A stretch of 64,000 bases of DNA, taken from assembly GCA_049319825.1 (NCBI GenBank), contig JBMORT010000002.1:271230-335229 (forward strand). Reading direction: 5' to 3'. Within the stretch, counting starts at the first letter, position 1. The number at the start of each line of letters is the position of its first letter. The translations under genes were made by a program, and so were the position numbers. The notes under the pieces were generated by a model. That model made no database searches. It was not told the origin of the DNA and saw only the letters and a list, made by a program, of their open reading frames with translations. Positions 1 through 10,266 of this stretch are shown piece after piece. This DNA is from Patescibacteria group bacterium. GTDB lineage: Bacteria > Patescibacteriota > Patescibacteriia > UBA11705 > DATKZF01.

Positions 1-807
1 ACCGACGCTGACGCGGGTAAAATAATTCGCATCGGCTTCACTCGCGATAATCAGTTGTTTTACGTGGCCGGAACTTTCAATACCGGCTTGAATCGTTTTC
101 GCACCATCGAATTCATACCCCTGGAAGATTGCGCGGGCGCCGCATTGAATTCATGCGGTGAAATTCCGAAATGCTTGCCCAAAGGGGTTACGGTGACTCC
201 CTATATCAGATCGGCCAGCGTGCAAAACGGATTGACCGCGTTTCCGTTCGATGGACTGGTAGACACGGCCGGCAATTCGCTCGATGGCAATTACGATGGC
301 CAATCACAAGGTCCCAGCGCCGATGATTTTTCCTGGTCTTTTGAAACCAGCTCGGTTTTGGATTTGACGCCGCCCGTTATCGACAGCACCGAACCGTCCA
401 ATGTGCAGGGCGAGGTGGCCGTGGACGCGCCGGTTATCGCCGATTTTAACGAAGGGCTGAGCGCCGCCAGCGCTTCCAGCCGCAATGTGTTTCTGACCGG
501 TGACCATTGGTCCAAATGGTATGTTGTTCATTTTGAAAATGTTCAAGCCGCACCGGATGAAAACGGACAATCAACCACCACGACCAATAATGATGTTTTG
601 GTGATATCACACGGTGATTTTGATAAAGCGCCTGAACCGGTCGAAGGACAAATCGCCAATCCATATAAATATTATCCCATAATCACCAATAGAATCCGTG
701 ATCTGCAGCAGAATTGTTATTACCCGTGCGCCGGTCCGGGCTGCGCTTCGCCAAACCCTTCATGTTGTCAGGGACAAAGCCAAGCCGCGCCCGGCTGCGG
801 ATTTTGA
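1..807 (+). CDS. 3' end of a large exported Ig-like (Big_5/SbsA-type) protein, truncated at window edge
   Basis: Frame is open from base 1; motifs D..GN.LDG..DG, FSWSFETS, DLTPPVI..TEP and ADFNE.L; Cys-rich C-terminus. Confidence 0.75.
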   Translation, partial: TDADAGKIIRIGFTRDNQLFYVAGTFNTGLNRFRTIEFIPLEDCAGAALNSCGEIPKCLPKGVTVTPYIRSASVQNGLTAFPFDGLVDTAGNSLDGNYDGQSQGPSADDFSWSFETSSVLDLTPPVIDSTEPSNVQGEVAVDAPVIADFNEGLSAASASSRNVFLTGDHWSKWYVVHFENVQAAPDENGQSTTTTNNDVLVISHGDFDKAPEPVEGQIANPYKYYPIITNRIRDLQQNCYYPCAGPGCASPNPSCCQGQSQAAPGCGF

Positions 808-875
808 GTAACCTGTCTTAGACCGGCTTGGGATAAATTATTTTCTGCCAGCCGATCAATCTACCAAACTGCGTT

Positions 876-3800
876 ATGAATAGATCTTGGAAAAATAAAA
901 TTCTGATCGCGGCGCTATTTTTAGTGGTCGGTGTTTTGCTATGTTCAACTTTTGTTTTGGCTCAGGGCGATTTGGGCGCCACCGAAGTGGCGGGCGAAGC
1001 TGGCTTGGCCGGCGAAGCTGATCCGCGAATTATCATCGCCCGAATCATCAGAATAGTCTTTGGTTTTTTGGGGGTGATCGCTCTGGCTTTGGTGATCTAT
1101 GGCGGATTCGTTTGGATGACCGCCGGCGGCGATCCGGAGCAAGTGTCTAAGGCCAAAAAAATATTGGTCAACGCGTTAATTGGTTTGGCCATTATTTTGC
1201 TGGCGTTTTCCATCACTTCCTTCATCATTAATCGGCTCGAAGAAGCCGCCGGTTTGGGCGTTCAGGAATTTCAGCCGGGCGATGGGGAGGGCGGAATCCC
1301 CGGTGGCGGCGGACCGGGATCATTCAAAGTTAAAAGTATTCAGCCCATGGGCAGTATTCCCATCAGAAACGTGGCTGTTCGTCTGACATTTAATGATAAA
1401 ATCGATCCGAATACCGCTCAAAACGCCGTCAGCGTGGTTCGAACCAGCGATGGGCAGCCTGTGCAAGGACAGTTATCAGCGGCAAAATACAACTTAACAT
1501 TTATTCCGAATTCACCTTGTCCCGAGCCGAATCAGAATTTATTTTGCTTTGACGCCAACACCGCCTATACCGTTCGGGTCAGCTCTCAATTAAAAAATTT
1601 GGGCGGCGATAATTTGTCATGCGGCATCGCCAGCGTTTGCCAAGCGGAATTTACCACCGGTGAGCTGGTGGATACGGCCGCGCCCGGGGTGTCCTTAACC
1701 TCGCCTTACAATAATCAAGCCATCAGCGAGTTTTCGTTTTTTACTTTGACCGCCGACACCAATGACGACAGCGGCATTTCCGCGGTTGAGTTTTACGTGG
1801 ACGATCAATTGGTTGGCGCCGACGGGCCGCTGGAGGCGTCGACCGCTTTTTTGGCGCAGTTGGAATGGGATAACAGCGATTTCGATCGCGGTAATCACAG
1901 CGTGTACGCGAAAGCCTACGATTTGGATGATAATGAAACCCAATCAAGTTCCAAAAATTTTCGAATATTGGCTGAACACTGCTTTGACGGTCAGCGAAAT
2001 TTCGATGAAACCGGCGTGGATTGCGGCGGCGCTGATTGTTCTGGTTGTGACGGCGATAATTGTTTAACAGATACAGATTGCGCTACGGGCATTTGCTCCG
2101 CCGGCGTTTGCAGCAGCTACCCGACGATTACCGGCGTGTCCGGTGAAATCGGGGCGGCCGGCAATTTGCTGACCATTTGGGGCAGCGGTTTTGGCGGTTA
2201 TTTGTCCGGATCCAGCAAAGTCGAGTTTTCCGGAGCCGGACAAGGGCTGATTGAAGCCGGAGTGGCGTGTGATGATCAGTTTAGCTGGACGAGCACTCAG
2301 GTGGTCGTTAAAGTGCCGACCGACGCCCAAACCGGCGCCATCAAATTGACCAATCGCGACGGCTACTGGGATGACACGGCCAATGACCGCGGCTGGATCG
2401 GCGAATACACCATTGATCCGGTTTTGGTTTGGCCGGGTTTATGCTCGGTCGTCAATTCGGAGAGCGGCTTGCCCGAAGGGCGGTTTCAAGACACGGCTCG
2501 CGCCAGCGGCGAAAACATGGGCCAAAACGGACAGGTGCTGTTCGGCACATATTCAGCCAGCTTTTCCGGCGATTGGAACGATGATCAGATTGCCGGCATT
2601 GAAATTCCCAATATCGATAACGGCCGGACACTGGTTAGAATTTTGGTAGGCGAGCGATTCAGCAATCCTTTTGAATTTACCATATTATCGGCGCAAACAT
2701 TGCCGCAAATTTTAGAAATCGATCCGACCAGCGGCGGTGTCGGTCAATATGTGACCATCAAGGGATCCAATTTCGGCAGCTCACCGATTCCTGTTTTTTT
2801 CATCGCTCAAGACGGCACCGAATATCTGGCGGATACCAGCTTCCCAGACGGTTGTACTGACGGTTTATGGTCAGACAATGAAATTTTGGTGAAAGTGCCT
2901 CAGGCGCCGGCATCGAATTACGCCGTGTTGATTAGGGGCGCGGAGATCGAAAGCAATACCGTGCCTTTTACCATCACCAATCAGGCGCCCGCTCCGGGCA
3001 TTTGCCAAATGACTCCGAACAACGGTCCGATCGGCACTTTGGTCGATGTTTATGGCGAGCGGCTCGGGCCTGACGGCAAATTTATTTTTTCCAATAATAT
3101 CGAGGCCGGTATATCCAATGCGACGTCCGATACATATTTTCGCACACAGGTGGCGCCGCTGGCCGTGTCTGGCTCGGCTTATTACCGTTCCGCAGACAAC
3201 CAAGGCAGCAATTCAATGAATTTCTCTGTCGGCTCCTGCCAGGTCGGTTCATGTCCGACCGGAGCAGAGTGTTGCGCTGACGGCGTCTGCCGCGCCAGCG
3301 GCGCGTGCGAGGCGGCGATCAGCGCCGGCAGCTGCGAATATGGCTGGATGTTCAGCACCGGTCAGCTGCCGCTGATTCCGCAGGTGATAGAGGATCAAAC
3401 CTGCGACGACGATCACAATCAGTCGCCATCGCCATGGAAAAATTCAGTGGATGCCTGCACCAACGCTTTGATCGGCGCCAGGTTCAACATGGAAATGCAG
3501 CTGAGCGGCGTTATCTCAAAGCTTAGAGTCGAACGCTGTAGAAATCAAAATGAAACTTGTTCCTTTAACCGGTGTGATCTTTTAGACTCCGATTGTCTGA
3601 TCGAAACCATCGACAGTATCAGCCCCGGAGATAAATTGAGCAATTATTTTGTGATAAATTCAGTCAGCGGCGCCAACACGCTGCTGGCCAATATGAATTA
3701 TCGTGTGACCATACTCGGCGGCGAAGATGCGGGCATCAAAGGCGAAAACGGCATCGCCCTGCCCAAAGATTACAGCTGGCAGTTTAAAACCCAAAATAGT

Positions 3801-6800
3801 CCGTGCGAAATCGCCAATGTGATTTTGGAGCCTTCAAAAACAACAATCAAAGAATATTTGGGACAAAAAATATTTTCAGTTTACGGACAGTCGGAAAATT
3901 GCAACATACTAAACGTCGCCAATTTTAATTGGAACTGGTCAATTTCCCAAACCGGCAATAAAGCGGTCATCGTTTCGACCGAAAATGAGAAAGCCACTGT
4001 CGAAGCTCGAGAAGAAACGGCGCCCAATCAACCGGCGGTGGTTCAGGCGTCGGCGCTGGTGCCGCAAACCGGCGCCAGTCAATCGGACACCGCGGATTTG
4101 ACCATTGATTTTACCGACCCCAGGGTCATTGATTACGGCCCGAATTGCGATTCCGCCTGCATCAATACGCTGGTTTGGGCCAAGTTTAACACGGCAATGC
4201 CCGATCGGCAGGCGCGTGAGGCGATTTCCGTTTATGAATGCGAAGCCAAGCAATGCGCCGCGTTCAGCCAAATCCAGCGAAACAGATTCAACGTTGAATA
4301 TAATCAGGCGGAGAAAACGCTGTATGTTTTTGGCCGCGGCGGATTTGTTTTTTCGCCCAATAGATATTACCGCGTGGCCATTTCCTCGGCGCTCCAAAGC
4401 CTTAGCGGCGTCAATTTGGCCGGTTTGAATTTTGACCTCAATAAAGACGGCATCAATGATTCATTCTCGTGGGTGTTCAAAACCAAAAATGACGTCACGC
4501 TATGCGATATGGAAAGCGCCAAGGTTAATCCGGCTGTTTACGAAAGCACGGAGCCGGGAGAAAAGATAGGTTATGTGGTTGAAGCGGTCGGTACGCCGGA
4601 CGAATGCAACCCCAACGGTCAAAAAATCAATCCTTATATTTTCAATTGGAGCTGGACCAGCTCAAACGCCACTGTCGCCGAAATCACCGGCGAGCTTTTC
4701 AGCTCCGAATTCCCGAAAGACGTGTGTTCCGATAATTGTTTAAATATCGGCTCGGATAAGGTGGCGGCCATTTGCGGTAACGGCATTATTGAATACGGCG
4801 AAGAATGCGATGATTCCAATACCGATACCGGCGACGGCTGCGCTCCGATTTGTTTGCATGAGCCCGTAACCGATGTCAGCAACAATGGCACCTGCGGCAA
4901 CGGCATCATTGATCCGGCGGCGGGGGAGGAGTGCGACTATGCGCTCAATCCGGATATTTGCACCGCGGTTTGTCAGCGAGCCGGATCTTTTTTCAGCGGG
5001 TATGAATGCGGCAATGGCGGCAATCCCGAACCGGGAGAAGATTGCGACGACGGCAATCGCACCAATGGCGACGGCTGCAGCTCCAATTGCTTATTTGAAG
5101 GCAGTAAATACACCGCCCAGCAGGCGGAATCGGTTTCTCTTTGCGGCAATGGCGGCAATCCCGAACCGGGAGAAGATTGCGACGATGGCAATACTGATAA
5201 TGGCGATGGCTGTTCGGCGCGCTGTCTGGCCGAAGGGAGCGCGAATACCTGCGGCAATGGCGTTATCGATAATGGCGAAAATTGCGATGATAATAATACC
5301 GTCAATGGCGATGGGTGCTCGGCGCGTTGTTTGCTTGAGGGATCCAGCTGGTCTTACGGCTCATTTTGCGGCAATTCATCGCTGGAAACCGGTGAAGCTT
5401 GTGAAGCGGCCGTTGGCAGTGAGCTAAGGGGATCGCCGGTTCAGCTGGCGGAAGTCATCGGCTCTTTCAGCCCCCTGATCAATTCGGATTCGACCGATAT
5501 TACCGCGCGCGCCAAAAATATTGCGGGGCAATCAAAAGAAGACAGCGGACGCTTGACATACACTCGCAGCACTTGCCAAGCCATTCCGGAATCATTTACC
5601 ACCGCGCCGGTCGGCACCGCTGTTTGCCGCAATGCGGCGATTCAGCTGACTGTCAATCAGCCGGTGCAGATATCGGGCATCGCCGACGCCATTAACATCA
5701 CTTATCCTTGCGGCACGCTGACGCTGCTTGATAAAATAAAGTCATTTTTCGCAGATATCAAAAATAAAATAATCAGCCGGGCCAATGCTCAGGCGGTCGG
5801 TGAAACGATTGAATACAGCGGCACCGTCACCGCCATCGCCTTTACGCGCGGTGAGGTTAATTTTTCCGTTTATGATCAGGGACGGGAGATAAGATCAGTT
5901 GTTGACCGAGCATTGGTGCCCAGTACAGTTTGGGAGCTAGCCCAGCAGATAGATAATGGGGTGTCGGTACGGGTGATCGGCACGGTGACGCAAAACGTGC
6001 CGGCGGAAAATCGAATCTACGTTCAGGTAAATAATCTGGAACGAATCATCGTACAGCGACCGCCGTTCGTGCCCCAATTACCCAGACCCAGAGGCGTTTG
6101 CAGCGTGCCGCTCCGCGATATCAATGTACTCTACGATTCCCAATCAAGCACTAGCACGATAACCATATATCCGGAAGGGCTTTTAGCAGAAAACACCACC
6201 TATACCGTCGACTACTCGGGCTTGCGCGACCATTGCGGCACTTTGTTCGGTAATAATTCATATATGTTTACCACCGGCGATCTTGGCAATATTTGTCGAC
6301 TGGACTATGTTGACGTGGTTCCGGGTGACTTGCTGGTGACCAGCAGAAACGCCGAAACGGATTATCAGGCGTTTGCCAGAAGTCAGTCGCTTGATGCGCC
6401 GATTAATCCGGTCCCTGGAATTTACGATTGGAATTGGAGCTGGCGGTTGGCGACTGATTTAGATGATGTCACTTTGCAGGACAATTTCATCGGTTTAATT
6501 TTTGGCGGCAGTGACGATAAAAAAACACTAAAGACCGGGACATCGAACGGGCAGGCCACCGTGTTCGCCGAAGCCTCCGTTAGCAGCAGCAATTACGGCG
6601 ATGCCGGTAAAACAGTTGAAGGATTGGGAAATGTCACCATATTTGTTTGCGAGAATTTATGGATCGGTGAACAGTTTGATCCGATCATCAATGGCGTTTG
6701 GCAAAACTCGACGTTTAATTTTAAAACTTTTTACTGCCGCGACGCCGGTAATCCGGGTCCGGAGGGCGATTTACCAGATTTGAAAATCATCGAGGCTCCC

Positions 6801-7691
6801 GGCTTTCAGGGCGATCCGTGGGCGGTGTCTGACCCGGTGGTGGTCAAAGAATATTTTTTGCTCAGAACCACGGACACTATCACTCCGGACGCAATCGCGG
6901 TCCGAGTGTATCCGAATTTGGAAGGCGTGGCGCCGAGCATCTGGTATGATTTGCACGCGCCCAATCCCGGCCAGTACCAGCAATTGGACATCAGCTGCAC
7001 CGCGGATGAAAACGGCGCGCAATTTTGCTATCAGGCGGTCCAAGATAATCGCACCGTTTATGTGTCGGCCGCTAATTTTATCAGTGGAATTCCCGGTTTA
7101 CCGGTGCTCAGCCGTTTTTACGATAATGTGTTCGTAATTTCGTACAGCGAGAACTCGAATCCGGAAACCGTGGCCATTTTCAGCCAACTTCTGGAAAATT
7201 TGAAATTCAACACCAACCAGCAATCAGGTGAAACAATCAATAAAATCAAGCGCGATCTAAAGCGGTTTCACGATATTACCTTTATTCGCAGCTTGATAAA
7301 CACCTATCGCAGTCAGAATGGTCGCTGGCCGCTGTTGGCCGCTGATGGTCAATATGTCGCCGGTACTTATGCGGGCGGGCAGTCGATCAGCACGTGGCCG
7401 TCTTGGAACGCTGTTTTTGGCAATGTGCTCGGCTCTTCCCTGCCGCAAGATCCGATCAATAATTTTGGCCTGGCCTGCACCCCGCCCAGCCCGGAAAAAT
7501 ACGATCAGCTGACGTGCTATAATTCCCAAGATCAAATTTTTTATGGCGATTACGACGCGTCGCTGGCCAACGTTTACGATTATCGTCTAACAGATAATAA
7601 TCAATCATTTGAAATTAAATTCAATCCGGAATTGTATACCGCGCTTCGGTATCCGGACATTTGCGCCTTGAGCGGCGTGGTTTGCCAATAA
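876..7691 (+). CDS. Giant surface protein (2271 aa): signal peptide, VirB2/TrbC-like pilin domain, Ig-like and IPT/TIG domains, myxococcal-type Cys-rich repeats, C-terminal type IV pilin/GspG-like domain
   Basis: IIRIVFGFLGVIAL..YGGFVWMTAGGDPEQVSKAKKILVNALIGL pilin signature; ITIWGSGFG/VTIKGSNFG IPT motifs; repeated CGNG....GEDCDDGN...GDGCS..C; RD.KR..DI..I...INTY....GRWP...LPQDP near the C-terminus. Confidence 0.85.
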   Translation: MNRSWKNKILIAALFLVVGVLLCSTFVLAQGDLGATEVAGEAGLAGEADPRIIIARIIRIVFGFLGVIALALVIYGGFVWMTAGGDPEQVSKAKKILVNALIGLAIILLAFSITSFIINRLEEAAGLGVQEFQPGDGEGGIPGGGGPGSFKVKSIQPMGSIPIRNVAVRLTFNDKIDPNTAQNAVSVVRTSDGQPVQGQLSAAKYNLTFIPNSPCPEPNQNLFCFDANTAYTVRVSSQLKNLGGDNLSCGIASVCQAEFTTGELVDTAAPGVSLTSPYNNQAISEFSFFTLTADTNDDSGISAVEFYVDDQLVGADGPLEASTAFLAQLEWDNSDFDRGNHSVYAKAYDLDDNETQSSSKNFRILAEHCFDGQRNFDETGVDCGGADCSGCDGDNCLTDTDCATGICSAGVCSSYPTITGVSGEIGAAGNLLTIWGSGFGGYLSGSSKVEFSGAGQGLIEAGVACDDQFSWTSTQVVVKVPTDAQTGAIKLTNRDGYWDDTANDRGWIGEYTIDPVLVWPGLCSVVNSESGLPEGRFQDTARASGENMGQNGQVLFGTYSASFSGDWNDDQIAGIEIPNIDNGRTLVRILVGERFSNPFEFTILSAQTLPQILEIDPTSGGVGQYVTIKGSNFGSSPIPVFFIAQDGTEYLADTSFPDGCTDGLWSDNEILVKVPQAPASNYAVLIRGAEIESNTVPFTITNQAPAPGICQMTPNNGPIGTLVDVYGERLGPDGKFIFSNNIEAGISNATSDTYFRTQVAPLAVSGSAYYRSADNQGSNSMNFSVGSCQVGSCPTGAECCADGVCRASGACEAAISAGSCEYGWMFSTGQLPLIPQVIEDQTCDDDHNQSPSPWKNSVDACTNALIGARFNMEMQLSGVISKLRVERCRNQNETCSFNRCDLLDSDCLIETIDSISPGDKLSNYFVINSVSGANTLLANMNYRVTILGGEDAGIKGENGIALPKDYSWQFKTQNSPCEIANVILEPSKTTIKEYLGQKIFSVYGQSENCNILNVANFNWNWSISQTGNKAVIVSTENEKATVEAREETAPNQPAVVQASALVPQTGASQSDTADLTIDFTDPRVIDYGPNCDSACINTLVWAKFNTAMPDRQAREAISVYECEAKQCAAFSQIQRNRFNVEYNQAEKTLYVFGRGGFVFSPNRYYRVAISSALQSLSGVNLAGLNFDLNKDGINDSFSWVFKTKNDVTLCDMESAKVNPAVYESTEPGEKIGYVVEAVGTPDECNPNGQKINPYIFNWSWTSSNATVAEITGELFSSEFPKDVCSDNCLNIGSDKVAAICGNGIIEYGEECDDSNTDTGDGCAPICLHEPVTDVSNNGTCGNGIIDPAAGEECDYALNPDICTAVCQRAGSFFSGYECGNGGNPEPGEDCDDGNRTNGDGCSSNCLFEGSKYTAQQAESVSLCGNGGNPEPGEDCDDGNTDNGDGCSARCLAEGSANTCGNGVIDNGENCDDNNTVNGDGCSARCLLEGSSWSYGSFCGNSSLETGEACEAAVGSELRGSPVQLAEVIGSFSPLINSDSTDITARAKNIAGQSKEDSGRLTYTRSTCQAIPESFTTAPVGTAVCRNAAIQLTVNQPVQISGIADAINITYPCGTLTLLDKIKSFFADIKNKIISRANAQAVGETIEYSGTVTAIAFTRGEVNFSVYDQGREIRSVVDRALVPSTVWELAQQIDNGVSVRVIGTVTQNVPAENRIYVQVNNLERIIVQRPPFVPQLPRPRGVCSVPLRDINVLYDSQSSTSTITIYPEGLLAENTTYTVDYSGLRDHCGTLFGNNSYMFTTGDLGNICRLDYVDVVPGDLLVTSRNAETDYQAFARSQSLDAPINPVPGIYDWNWSWRLATDLDDVTLQDNFIGLIFGGSDDKKTLKTGTSNGQATVFAEASVSSSNYGDAGKTVEGLGNVTIFVCENLWIGEQFDPIINGVWQNSTFNFKTFYCRDAGNPGPEGDLPDLKIIEAPGFQGDPWAVSDPVVVKEYFLLRTTDTITPDAIAVRVYPNLEGVAPSIWYDLHAPNPGQYQQLDISCTADENGAQFCYQAVQDNRTVYVSAANFISGIPGLPVLSRFYDNVFVISYSENSNPETVAIFSQLLENLKFNTNQQSGETINKIKRDLKRFHDITFIRSLINTYRSQNGRWPLLAADGQYVAGTYAGGQSISTWPSWNAVFGNVLGSSLPQDPINNFGLACTPPSPEKYDQLTCYNSQDQIFYGDYDASLANVYDYRLTDNNQSFEIKFNPELYTALRYPDICALSGVVCQ
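5007..5185 (+). repeat. Exact 44-nt direct repeat (5007-5050 and 5142-5185) encoding CGNGGNPEPGEDCD units
   Basis: tgcggcaatggcggcaatcccgaaccgggagaagattgcgacga occurs twice. Confidence 0.9.
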
Positions 7692-7715
7692 ACAATTATT
7701 AATAATCATATATTT

Positions 7716-8381
7716 ATGCCTCAGCTACCAAATCAAACCGCCGGCGATCAGCCGGTAGACATATTTGCCGACATTGAACCGGCCGCCAGCGCGGCGCCGA
7801 GCCCAAATTCGTCGGCCATTGGCGCCGCGCCCGCGCCCAGCGGCGATCAACCGATTACCATGAAAGCGGCCGCCGGTCCAAGCGCCGGCAAAAAAGCGGC
7901 GGTTGTTATTTTAATGATTGTCTTTATTGCAATAATTGCCGGAGTAGGGTACTTTATTTATACCAGATACATCGCGGCGCCGGCTCCGGCATCGCCATCA
8001 CCGATAGTGCCGGAAAGCCCGGCCGCCCCGACCATTGAACCGGAAATCACTACGCCGGCCGTACTGCCGTTGGCCACGACCGAACAGGCGGCCACGACCG
8101 AAACGGAATTGACGCCAACTGCCGTTGACACTGACAACGATCGTTTAACCGACAGCGAAGAAAGAACGCTGGGGACCGATATTGAAGCCATCGATACCGA
8201 TAACGACGGCCTGACCGATTACGAAGAAGTGAAAATATATAAAACCGATCCGCTTGATCCCGATTCCGACGATGATGGCTACAAAGATGGCGAAGAGGTT
8301 GCCGGCGGCTATGATCCAAACAACGCCACCAAGGGCGCCAGATTGCCGGGAATCCCGGTCGAACCAAATGTGATTGAATAA
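7716..8381 (+). CDS. Single-TM protein with Pro/Thr linker and bacterial TSP3-type Ca-binding repeats
   Basis: TM segment; DTDNDRLTDSEE, DTDNDGLTDYEE, DSDDDGYKDGEEV..GYDP. Confidence 0.8.
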   Translation: MPQLPNQTAGDQPVDIFADIEPAASAAPSPNSSAIGAAPAPSGDQPITMKAAAGPSAGKKAAVVILMIVFIAIIAGVGYFIYTRYIAAPAPASPSPIVPESPAAPTIEPEITTPAVLPLATTEQAATTETELTPTAVDTDNDRLTDSEERTLGTDIEAIDTDNDGLTDYEEVKIYKTDPLDPDSDDDGYKDGEEVAGGYDPNNATKGARLPGIPVEPNVIE

Positions 8382-8394
8382 TTAATTTTATATT

Positions 8395-9396
8395 ATGAAT
8401 GCACAAAAAGGCACTGAAGAAATTCATGTCATGCCCAAGTCTGAAAAGGGAGGGGTAACCAAACCGGCTGTTTCCAGAGCGCCTTTGCCGCCCGTAAAAA
8501 CCGCTGGCGCGACCGAACCGGATGGCGGTCGTTCCTGGACGAAAGTCGTGCTGGTAATATTCATTTTGGCGCTGATCGCCGCGTCGGCTTATTTTCTGTA
8601 CAGCGCTTATGCGCCGTCATCATCGGAAAATCAGTCAACAGATCAGCAGTCAAATCAAAATTCAAATCAGACGCCGGCCACATCGGAAACCACCGATAAC
8701 AATCAAACCACGCCCAATCAGCCGGAGCAGCCGACAGCGACCGATGACGCCACACCGACATCAGTGCCCGGGTCAAAAAATGATTTTGAGTTTGGTACGG
8801 TCAAAGAACTGAATTTGGACATGGCCTCATCAAAGGATACCGACAAAGACAAGCTGACCGATGTCGAAGAAAGTTTGTTCGGCACGTCTATCGAAAATTT
8901 CGATAGCGACGGCGACACCTTCGGCGACGGTGAGGAAGTCATTCATTTGTACGATCCGAAAAAAGGCGATGGCGCCAAACTGTACGATAGCGCCTCGGTG
9001 CGGAGTTATGTCAATGACAATTATCAATACGCGGTACTTTATCCGGCGGCGTGGCTAGCGAAAAGTACGGATAAGTCCGATTCGGAGGTGGTCTTTACCT
9101 CTGCCAATAATGAATTCGTTTCCGTCTGGGTTGAGGAAAATACCCAGCGGCTCGAATTAAAAGATTGGTACGTCAAGCAAGCGCCCAATATAGCTCCTGA
9201 TGACATGCTGGAATTTCGGAATCAGAAGGGATTGACCGGCCTGAAAAGTCCGGATGGCTATACCATGTATTTTGCCAATAATGGCCTTATTTACATTTTG
9301 CATTATAATATCGGATTGAAATCGGCAGCTGACTACCCGGGAGTGTTTAAAATGATGATTGAGAGCTTTGATTTTATCCGAAACGAACAGGGATGA
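8395..9396 (+). CDS. Single-TM protein with TSP3-type repeats and a PsbP-like C-terminal domain
   Basis: TM segment; DTDKDKLTDVEE, DSDGDTFGDGEEV; Y.N..Y.Y...YP..W motif. Confidence 0.75.
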   Translation: MNAQKGTEEIHVMPKSEKGGVTKPAVSRAPLPPVKTAGATEPDGGRSWTKVVLVIFILALIAASAYFLYSAYAPSSSENQSTDQQSNQNSNQTPATSETTDNNQTTPNQPEQPTATDDATPTSVPGSKNDFEFGTVKELNLDMASSKDTDKDKLTDVEESLFGTSIENFDSDGDTFGDGEEVIHLYDPKKGDGAKLYDSASVRSYVNDNYQYAVLYPAAWLAKSTDKSDSEVVFTSANNEFVSVWVEENTQRLELKDWYVKQAPNIAPDDMLEFRNQKGLTGLKSPDGYTMYFANNGLIYILHYNIGLKSAADYPGVFKMMIESFDFIRNEQG

Positions 9397-9800
9397 TCAA
9401 ACTTGAGATAAATAATAGAACCGGCCGGACGATTTTTTTATCCAAATTGCTTGACGCGGCTCAAAGGACGTCCGCAATACAAAAGGTTCGTCAATCGCGC
9501 CGAGTATCAGTGGCCTTGGTGAATAATCGTGAAATTCAAAAGTTAAACAAACGGTATCGGGGAAAAAACAAGCCCACAGATGTTTTATCATTTGCGCTCG
9601 AGACGCCCGATTTGGGAGAAATCGTCATCTCCTTGCCGGAAGCCGTAAAATCCGCCAGCCGATTGGGACATTCCTGGCATCGGGAAATGCAATTTTTGTT
9701 GGTTCACGGCTTATTGCACCTTTTGGGGTATGACCATGAAACCGCGCGTGATCGCCGGCGAATGGAAGCCGTCCAAGATAAAATAATGTCCGCTTTATAA
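9393..9800 (+). CDS. ybeY: rRNA maturation endoribonuclease YbeY
   Basis: LN..YRGKNKPTDVLSF, LGEIVIS, HGLLHLLGYDH. Confidence 0.97.
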   Translation: MIKLEINNRTGRTIFLSKLLDAAQRTSAIQKVRQSRRVSVALVNNREIQKLNKRYRGKNKPTDVLSFALETPDLGEIVISLPEAVKSASRLGHSWHREMQFLLVHGLLHLLGYDHETARDRRRMEAVQDKIMSAL

Positions 9801-9803
9801 TTT

Positions 9804-10172
9804 ATGTTTAATTTCGTCAGGCTGAAAAAAAGTTTTAAATTCGCCATTAACGGCTTGAAAATGATTTTTTCAAAGGAGCAGAACTTCAGAATTCATTTTG
9901 CCGTGGCCGCGGGCGTTGTCGCTTTCGGATTGATATTAAAAATAAAAAGCTGGGAATGGGTGGCCGTTATTTTAGTCATATTTTTTGTGTTGCTTTTGGA
10001 AATAGTTAACACCATTGTCGAGCGTATAATGGATATGTTAAAACCCCGGGTTAATATTTATGTGAAGGAAGCCAAAGATCTGATGTCCGCCGCTGTTTTA
10101 TTGGCGGCGATCTTATCAATAGTGATTGGTTTGATTATATTTATTCCGCATATAAAAAATTTGTTTTACTGA
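9804..10172 (+). CDS. dgkA: Diacylglycerol/undecaprenol kinase family membrane protein
   Basis: SFKFAINGL...EQNFRIH, E..NT..E, AKD..SAAV; follows ybeY. Confidence 0.92.
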   Translation: MFNFVRLKKSFKFAINGLKMIFSKEQNFRIHFAVAAGVVAFGLILKIKSWEWVAVILVIFFVLLLEIVNTIVERIMDMLKPRVNIYVKEAKDLMSAAVLLAAILSIVIGLIIFIPHIKNLFY

Positions 10173-10266
10173 TTTGGTTTTTTCCTTTTTTTGTTCTATA
10201 ATATTAAAATGAAAAAGAAGCTTAAGTTAAAGCGATTTTCTTTTTATTTTCAAAATAAAAAATAGT

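Noticed and set aside
4770-5410. CRISPR-like or DGR-like repeats
   Set aside because: Repeats are in-frame protein repeats; no spacers, cas genes, reverse transcriptase or adenine-specific mismatches
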